From assembly GCA_038882955.1 (NCBI GenBank), contig JAVZNC010000004.1, positions 64,001 to 128,000 of the forward strand: a DNA stretch of 64,000 bases, read 5' to 3'. Below are positions 59,447-64,000 of this stretch, piece after piece. The notes beneath the pieces were generated by a model that saw only the letters and a list, made by a program, of their open reading frames with translations, was not told where the DNA came from and did no database searches. Made by a program: the position numbers and the translations under genes. The first letter of the stretch is position 1, and the number at the start of each line of letters is the position of its first letter. The stretch comes from Candidatus Bathyarchaeia archaeon. GTDB lineage: Archaea > Thermoproteota > Bathyarchaeia > Bathyarchaeales > Bathycorpusculaceae.

Positions 59447-59868
59447 TCATATCCCTCTTTATGGCTTTGTCTAAACCACTTCGCGCCCCCGACCCCGAGG
59501 CCATGCAGGTTTGTAGCTCACATCCGCATCCTAGCAGGCGTGCTAGGCTTTTTAAAGGAAAAATTTTAACTAGAAATTGACATAAAGAATAGCTGGGTGG
59601 AAGGCAACCCACCGCATATTCAACATCTACCAGCCTACTTGCGTTCATGGGCCATCTTCCACCCTTTAGCCCTCTTTTTGCTTAACCTTCTTTTTGGCCC
59701 TACATCGCCTCTGAGCTTCTCTCCAATATTTACGCAAGATTTCTGGATGTTTGGGTTGTCGAGCCATTCTCAACCACAACAATACTATTAATCAATGACA
59801 AGGGTTAAATATGACTTCTGCTCATAGAAAAGTAAGCTAACTGACTTTAAAAGTGACGGAAAAGTAAG

Positions 59869-60504
59869 TTGTTAGGAATATTTAAAGGGAAAGAAGCGAA
59901 ATACAACAAACTTATCCTCAAAGCCCTAGTTTACGGCGCTAAAACTACAAACCAAATTGCAGAATTCATCTATCTTAACAAAAAAGCTCAAATCAAGCCT
60001 AAAAAGACTAACTTAAACGAAGTTAAGAAAATTGTTTCCATAATTTCGAGGAAGGGAAGCCGACTAAACGAGTTGGAAGCTAAACATTACATTTATCGAG
60101 AAAAAGGCTATTGGCATTTAACTGACAAAGGTTTAGCCGTAGCCCTAACACTTTTCAACGATTTAACTGAAGTATATCCATACGTAAGAACCGACTTAAC
60201 CCTCAAAACAATTGAAAAACTGTTTAAAAAATATGGTGTAAGCGAGACTCTTAGAAAATACGGCTTCAACGATTGGACATCTAAAATCTTCAGTTGGGCC
60301 AGAAACCGAAGAAATTTTCTCGGTTTCGTTAGGAATTCTACAAATAAACTGATAAGCCAACTTATAGATTTGGATTCGCTTAGTGAAAATGAATTTCAAA
60401 ACCTGCTAATTATTCATGGCATTCAAAATTTCTTTAAAATACAGTTAAATGAAATAGAACAAACTATTTCCGAAATAATCTTAAAAGAAAATATCAAGCA
60501 TTAA
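59869..60504 (+). CDS. Winged helix-turn-helix regulator of the element
   Basis: ILKAL..GAKTTNQIA...L.ELE.KHYI....W.LT.KG. Confidence 0.72.
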   Translation: MLGIFKGKEAKYNKLILKALVYGAKTTNQIAEFIYLNKKAQIKPKKTNLNEVKKIVSIISRKGSRLNELEAKHYIYREKGYWHLTDKGLAVALTLFNDLTEVYPYVRTDLTLKTIEKLFKKYGVSETLRKYGFNDWTSKIFSWARNRRNFLGFVRNSTNKLISQLIDLDSLSENEFQNLLIIHGIQNFFKIQLNEIEQTISEIILKENIKH

Positions 60505-60515
60505 TAAAAATACAC

Positions 60516-60683
60516 TTATGTAAAAGGATTTAACGTTTCTTTCCATGCATAAAAAAGCGCCCAATACGTTTTACGCCTCTCTTCGCCCTGCAGCTTCCTC
60601 TCATCTAAATATTGCTGAACAAACTTTGAGAATTCTTCAATATTCTTACACTTTTTAACATCTTCAAACTCAAGCATTTCCAT
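60516..60683 (-). CDS. Small hypothetical protein (55 aa)
   Basis: ATG overlapping the end of the upstream ORF. Confidence 0.6.
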   Translation of the reverse strand: MEMLEFEDVKKCKNIEEFSKFVQQYLDERKLQGEERRKTYWALFYAWKETLNPFT

Positions 60684-61236
60684 TTTTCCCTTCCAAAACC
60701 TTTGAAGCTTCACGCAGCAATAAAGCCGTTGCCCGCTTAAATTTTGGATAAAGCAGTTGGGAAGCCTCAAGATATTCTTTAAATAAGCCATCATTCACGC
60801 CTTCACAGTTTACAGTTTCAGTTTTAGGCTTATCCGCTACGCCTCTCCTCTCTTTCATTTTCCTCAGCAAACTTGTAGGATTCGTTTTAATTCCCATTTC
60901 CCTAAGCTTTTCAGCTATACGCCTATAACCTAACCCTTCCTTCTGAAGCTTCTCAATAAGTTGAAACGTCTGCTCATTCCACATGATAGGCTTCAATTCT
61001 TTAGGCTGTTCTGAAGGTTCAAGCGTAAGCGTAGCCTCTGTTTGGTTATTACTGTTAGGCTTCTTTAAGAAAAAGAATAGTTTGCCATTATAAGATTGCT
61101 GGAAAACCTTAACGCCTTCCGCCTTCAACTGCTCATTCCACTCGGATTTAAAAGCTGAATGCGGAATCAAAAGGCAAGCGCCAAAATCAGTCATTTCCTC
61201 TGGATAGGATTCACTTAGGATTTCGTATAAAACCAT
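60670..61236 (-). CDS. HTH-containing protein
   Basis: LQKEGLGYRRIAEKLREMGIKTNPTSLLRK. Confidence 0.72.
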   Translation of the reverse strand: MVLYEILSESYPEEMTDFGACLLIPHSAFKSEWNEQLKAEGVKVFQQSYNGKLFFFLKKPNSNNQTEATLTLEPSEQPKELKPIMWNEQTFQLIEKLQKEGLGYRRIAEKLREMGIKTNPTSLLRKMKERRGVADKPKTETVNCEGVNDGLFKEYLEASQLLYPKFKRATALLLREASKVLEGKNGNA

Positions 61237-61523
61237 TTTACCCCTAAAAATAAATATGCAATTCCAAATTTAAATTTTAATATTTATGTTTAAATATGCT
61301 TCAGGTATGCTTCAAAGCATATGCGGTATATATTTATGTTAATTAAATAGGTGACAAAAATCGATAAAATTCTGACTTCTTCTTGTTTAATCAACAATTC
61401 ACTTCCTAAAAGAAAATAAACGGAAATAAAACGATATTTAAACTTAGAGAAGCTCAAAATGAAGAGATTTTCTCCTATAAAAATTAATTAAATTCACATG
61501 TGAAATGATGATTTAGGCAACTG

Positions 61524-62171
61524 TCACGTTTTCTTCGTTTCCCTCTCAATTATGTCTAAAGCGAAACGCCTAAGATAGTTGAAGCCCGTCTGGTAGCTTT
61601 CCAAATCTAAACGCCTCTGCACTTTAAAAGCACCTATAATGGTTGAGTCTTGTTTTATGATGTCCGCGGCTACGGTTTCCCTGAACAAGTGCATCCAGAT
61701 TTTAGGCGATAAACTTCTCACTATGTTGAACAGTTGCCTATCGGATAAATGTTCATTTGGAATTATGACTATGTTTCCAAACACGCTTCTAACCGAAGGG
61801 AAAAAATACTGTGGCTTAGGCTGTAAACCGTTCAAGTAGCTAAGATATTCCAATATTGGCTTTGCCAAAGGCTCAGTTAAGGATACGCTTTTAATTGACT
61901 GTTTCGTTAAAACCGTCTTCTTCCGTTTCTTCAAAAGCGTGAAGCGGATATGAAGCATACCCTCTTCAACTTCAAAGTCGCTTAACTCAAGCCGCGCTAA
62001 TTCGCTTCGCCTTTTACCTGTAAGCCTCAAAATGCAAAGTAACGCTTTAGCTCTCAGCTTGAAAAACACGTTTGGTATGGCTTCAGCTTTAGCTAACAAT
62101 TCGCTAAACTCTTCCTCGCTAATCACAGTTTTTCTCTGTGTTCTATCCAATAGCCCTCTAACATGCGTCAT
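61524..62171 (-). CDS. Second tyrosine recombinase, catalytic domain only (215 aa)
   Basis: LTGKRRSEL (R), LLKK (K), HLFRET, GFNY (Y). Confidence 0.88.
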   Translation of the reverse strand: MTHVRGLLDRTQRKTVISEEEFSELLAKAEAIPNVFFKLRAKALLCILRLTGKRRSELARLELSDFEVEEGMLHIRFTLLKKRKKTVLTKQSIKSVSLTEPLAKPILEYLSYLNGLQPKPQYFFPSVRSVFGNIVIIPNEHLSDRQLFNIVRSLSPKIWMHLFRETVAADIIKQDSTIIGAFKVQRRLDLESYQTGFNYLRRFALDIIERETKKT

Positions 62172-62174
62172 GTT

Positions 62175-62258
62175 TCATTCTCTCCCTGTAATGTCTAATG
62201 AATCTAACAAAAGCGAAGCGAAAAGGCTAGAGCCGTCGATCACAAAGTCATCTGACAT
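62175..62258 (-). CDS. 27-aa acidic peptide ORF
   Basis: AGGTGA SD; MSDDFVIDGSSLFASLLLDSLDITGRE; abuts the recombinase start. Confidence 0.45.
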   Translation of the reverse strand: MSDDFVIDGSSLFASLLLDSLDITGRE

Positions 62259-62397
62259 AATCACCTACCCTCTTTATTCTACGCTTATCCTTCTCTAAAC
62301 ATTCATTTATCATAACGTTCTCAAGCTGAAGCTGATACAAAACTTCACGGTTAATCTTGTATTCTAAACTACGCTTCCTTCTCCTTTTTTCACTCAT
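62248..62397 (-). CDS. 49-aa basic peptide ORF
   Basis: GGTG SD; MSEKRRRKRSLEYKINREVLYQLQLENVMINECLEKDKRRIKRVGDYVR. Confidence 0.5.
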   Translation of the reverse strand: MSEKRRRKRSLEYKINREVLYQLQLENVMINECLEKDKRRIKRVGDYVR

Positions 62398-62482
62398 TCA
62401 AAACACCACTTTCCATAAATTGAAAAACAAAAAAGGAGTTAGTGTGGGTTTTAAGTGGAGAAATCTCCACTCTCAGCCGATT

Positions 62483-62502
62483 TACCTCACCTCGGCCACT
62501 TT
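62483..62502. repeat. att direct repeat (duplicated tRNA-His 5' fragment)
   Basis: TACCTCACCTCGGCCACTTT, identical to 54081-54100. Confidence 0.95.
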
Positions 62503-62539
62503 CGTTTTGGTTTGTCATTGCTATTTTGTTTTGTAGGCG

Positions 62540-62554
62540 CTTATTTAGGTTTTT
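62540..62554 (-). promoter_or_regulatory. Putative native tRNA-His promoter (BRE/TATA), displaced by the element
   Basis: Minus strand AAAAACC-TAAATAAG ~45 nt upstream of the duplicated tRNA 5' end. Confidence 0.55.
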
Positions 62555-62874
62555 GAGTTCGTCAATTTTACGTTTTATTATGTTGTTAAATTGATAGCCC
62601 CCTCTAGTTTTTCTTTGCGGGGCTTGACGTATCTAATTTTGGAATATGGATTATATGAACTTGTGGACATAATGCTAATTGGTGGCCCATCCTTGAATGA
62701 GAAGAAGCTTCGCAAGATGCTTGAGAAGATGGTTATTCTAGCAGTGCTGTTGAGGAAATTCTTAAGTGGTACACTTCTAATCCTTCGAAATAATGGGCTT
62801 GCGGCTAGTTGCGTTTTTGATTAAAGTTTATATGTGCAGTTTTACGTTTAGATTAAATCAGCGGAAGTGTTTGT

Positions 62875-63540
62875 ATGAGAAAGTTTGGGTCTCTTGCTTT
62901 GCTGCTTGTTGTTTTGCTTTCAACGTTTGCTTTGGCATCCTCCACAGTTGTTGCTGAATCGCTTGTACACGAGGAGATTATTGTCGTTTATGCTATCCCA
63001 CCGCAGGACGACTCCATGAGTAATTCGCATTATGCACTGCTTCCATACCATTGGTATACGACAATTAATTATTGGATAAACCCGAAAAACAAGTATGGCT
63101 TTTCCACTTCGGCTGTTGTTGCAGCAATAACAATGTCGGCTGAGACTTGGGATGCTGAAACAAGTTTTGAAGTTTTCGTCTACAAAGGAACAACCACCAG
63201 AACGGCTGGGAAACGCGACGGCTACAATGTAGTTTCCTGGGGCGCTTATCAAGCTGGCGTTATCGCGGTAACCTACATATGGGCAAGTGGAAGCCAAATC
63301 GTTGAAACTGACTGCCGCATGAACACCTATTACGTGTGGAGTTTGACTGGCGAGGCTGGGAAGATGGATGTGCAGAACATTATGACGCATGAGTTTGGAC
63401 ATTGGTGTGGCTTAAAAGACCTATACAACGACGCTGATTACTGGCTGACAATGTATGGCTACGCAAACTTTGGAGAAACATATAAGCGGACACTTGGACT
63501 GGGCGACATCCTAGGACTACAAGCAGTCTACGGTCCATAA
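62875..63540 (+). CDS. Secreted matrixin-like (metzincin) metalloprotease
   Basis: Signal peptide; HEFGHWCGLKD; Met-turn LTMYG. Confidence 0.85.
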   Translation: MRKFGSLALLLVVLLSTFALASSTVVAESLVHEEIIVVYAIPPQDDSMSNSHYALLPYHWYTTINYWINPKNKYGFSTSAVVAAITMSAETWDAETSFEVFVYKGTTTRTAGKRDGYNVVSWGAYQAGVIAVTYIWASGSQIVETDCRMNTYYVWSLTGEAGKMDVQNIMTHEFGHWCGLKDLYNDADYWLTMYGYANFGETYKRTLGLGDILGLQAVYGP

Positions 63541-63633
63541 AACTAAGCATCCACATTTTCTTTGATTGTGAGCTGCGCTGCTGTTTAAATGTTATATAGG
63601 GCTTGTTTGCAAAGTTGTGTTTCGGTGCTTTGT

Positions 63634-64000
63634 TTGATTGAAAGCGTTTGCATAAACGTTTTGGTTGACGATGTTGCCGGTGCTGAGGGTGGAGCTAGGC
63701 TTATTGCCAGACATGGCTTATCAATGTTTGTGCAAGCTAAAGCAGAGGACGCGGATGTTTGTATTCTTTTGGATGTTGGCGCTTCTGCGGAGGCTTTGTT
63801 GAATAATGTTGACGTTGTTGGCGTTAATCTTCGAAAGACTGACGCGATAGTGCTTAGCCACGGCCATTACGACCATGTGGACGGTTTGATTCCACTGCTT
63901 AGAGCAGTTGGCAAGAGCGTCCCAGTTTTTGCCCATCCAAGCGCGTTTTACCCAAAATTTTCTTACACGAAAAAGCTCAGGTTTATAGGCGCTTCTTTTG
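63634..64000 (+). CDS. MBL-fold metallo-hydrolase, 5' part; runs off the window end
   Basis: RHGLS, ILLDVG, VLSHGHYDHVDGL, AHP. Confidence 0.88.
   Translation, partial: MIESVCINVLVDDVAGAEGGARLIARHGLSMFVQAKAEDADVCILLDVGASAEALLNNVDVVGVNLRKTDAIVLSHGHYDHVDGLIPLLRAVGKSVPVFAHPSAFYPKFSYTKKLRFIGASF

Larger units (their letters stand above)
54081..62502. mobile_element. ~8.4 kb integrated plasmid-like element in the 5' end of tRNA-His, encoding a PolB-Rep_trans fusion and two tyrosine recombinases
   Basis: 20-bp direct repeats at both ends, integrase adjacent to one att, replication protein, visibly more AT-rich than the flanks. Confidence 0.92.

Noticed and set aside
59430-59791. ORFs 59430-59648 (-) and 59597-59791 (+)
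   Set aside because: No SD or motifs, and they overlap hairpins; the region is more likely non-coding origin/control DNA.
54081-62502. Casposon, pipolin or provirus identity for the element
   Set aside because: No Cas1 or TIRs, the PolB retains KxY and has a Rep-like fusion, and no recognisable capsid or packaging ATPase. A highly divergent capsid cannot be excluded by eye.
1-64000. CRISPR array, rRNA genes or IS transposases
   Set aside because: No regularly spaced repeats, rRNA-like sequence or transposase ORF seen. The IS1-like zinc ribbon belongs to the integrase.

Overview
Archaeal chromosome segment. The gene content (type IB topoisomerase, TFB, aIF-1/1A/2beta, RIO1-KH, DUF35-HMG-CoA synthase, PEF-CTERM and dockerin surface proteins, frequent TTG/GTG starts) suggests Bathyarchaeia; this is an inference. 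Positions 1-54 kb are mostly housekeeping and metabolic genes. They include four tRNAs (Ala-TGC, Gln-TTG, Pro-GGG with a D-loop intron, His-GTG with a canonical intron), an ArsR-controlled ArsP/thioredoxin/ferredoxin cluster, a C/D box guide RNA and an integrase relic. The highlight is an ~8.4 kb integrated element (54081-62502) bounded by 20-bp direct repeats of the 5' end of tRNA-His. It encodes a 1183-aa protein in which a family B DNA polymerase (exonuclease and polymerase motifs) is fused to a C-terminal domain carrying the ordered motifs of pT181-type Rep_trans rolling-circle initiators, a candidate self-priming nick-and-synthesise replicon. It also encodes two tyrosine recombinases, a small antisense gene nested inside the integrase, and small regulators. 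All product calls come from motif recognition by eye; no database searches were run.
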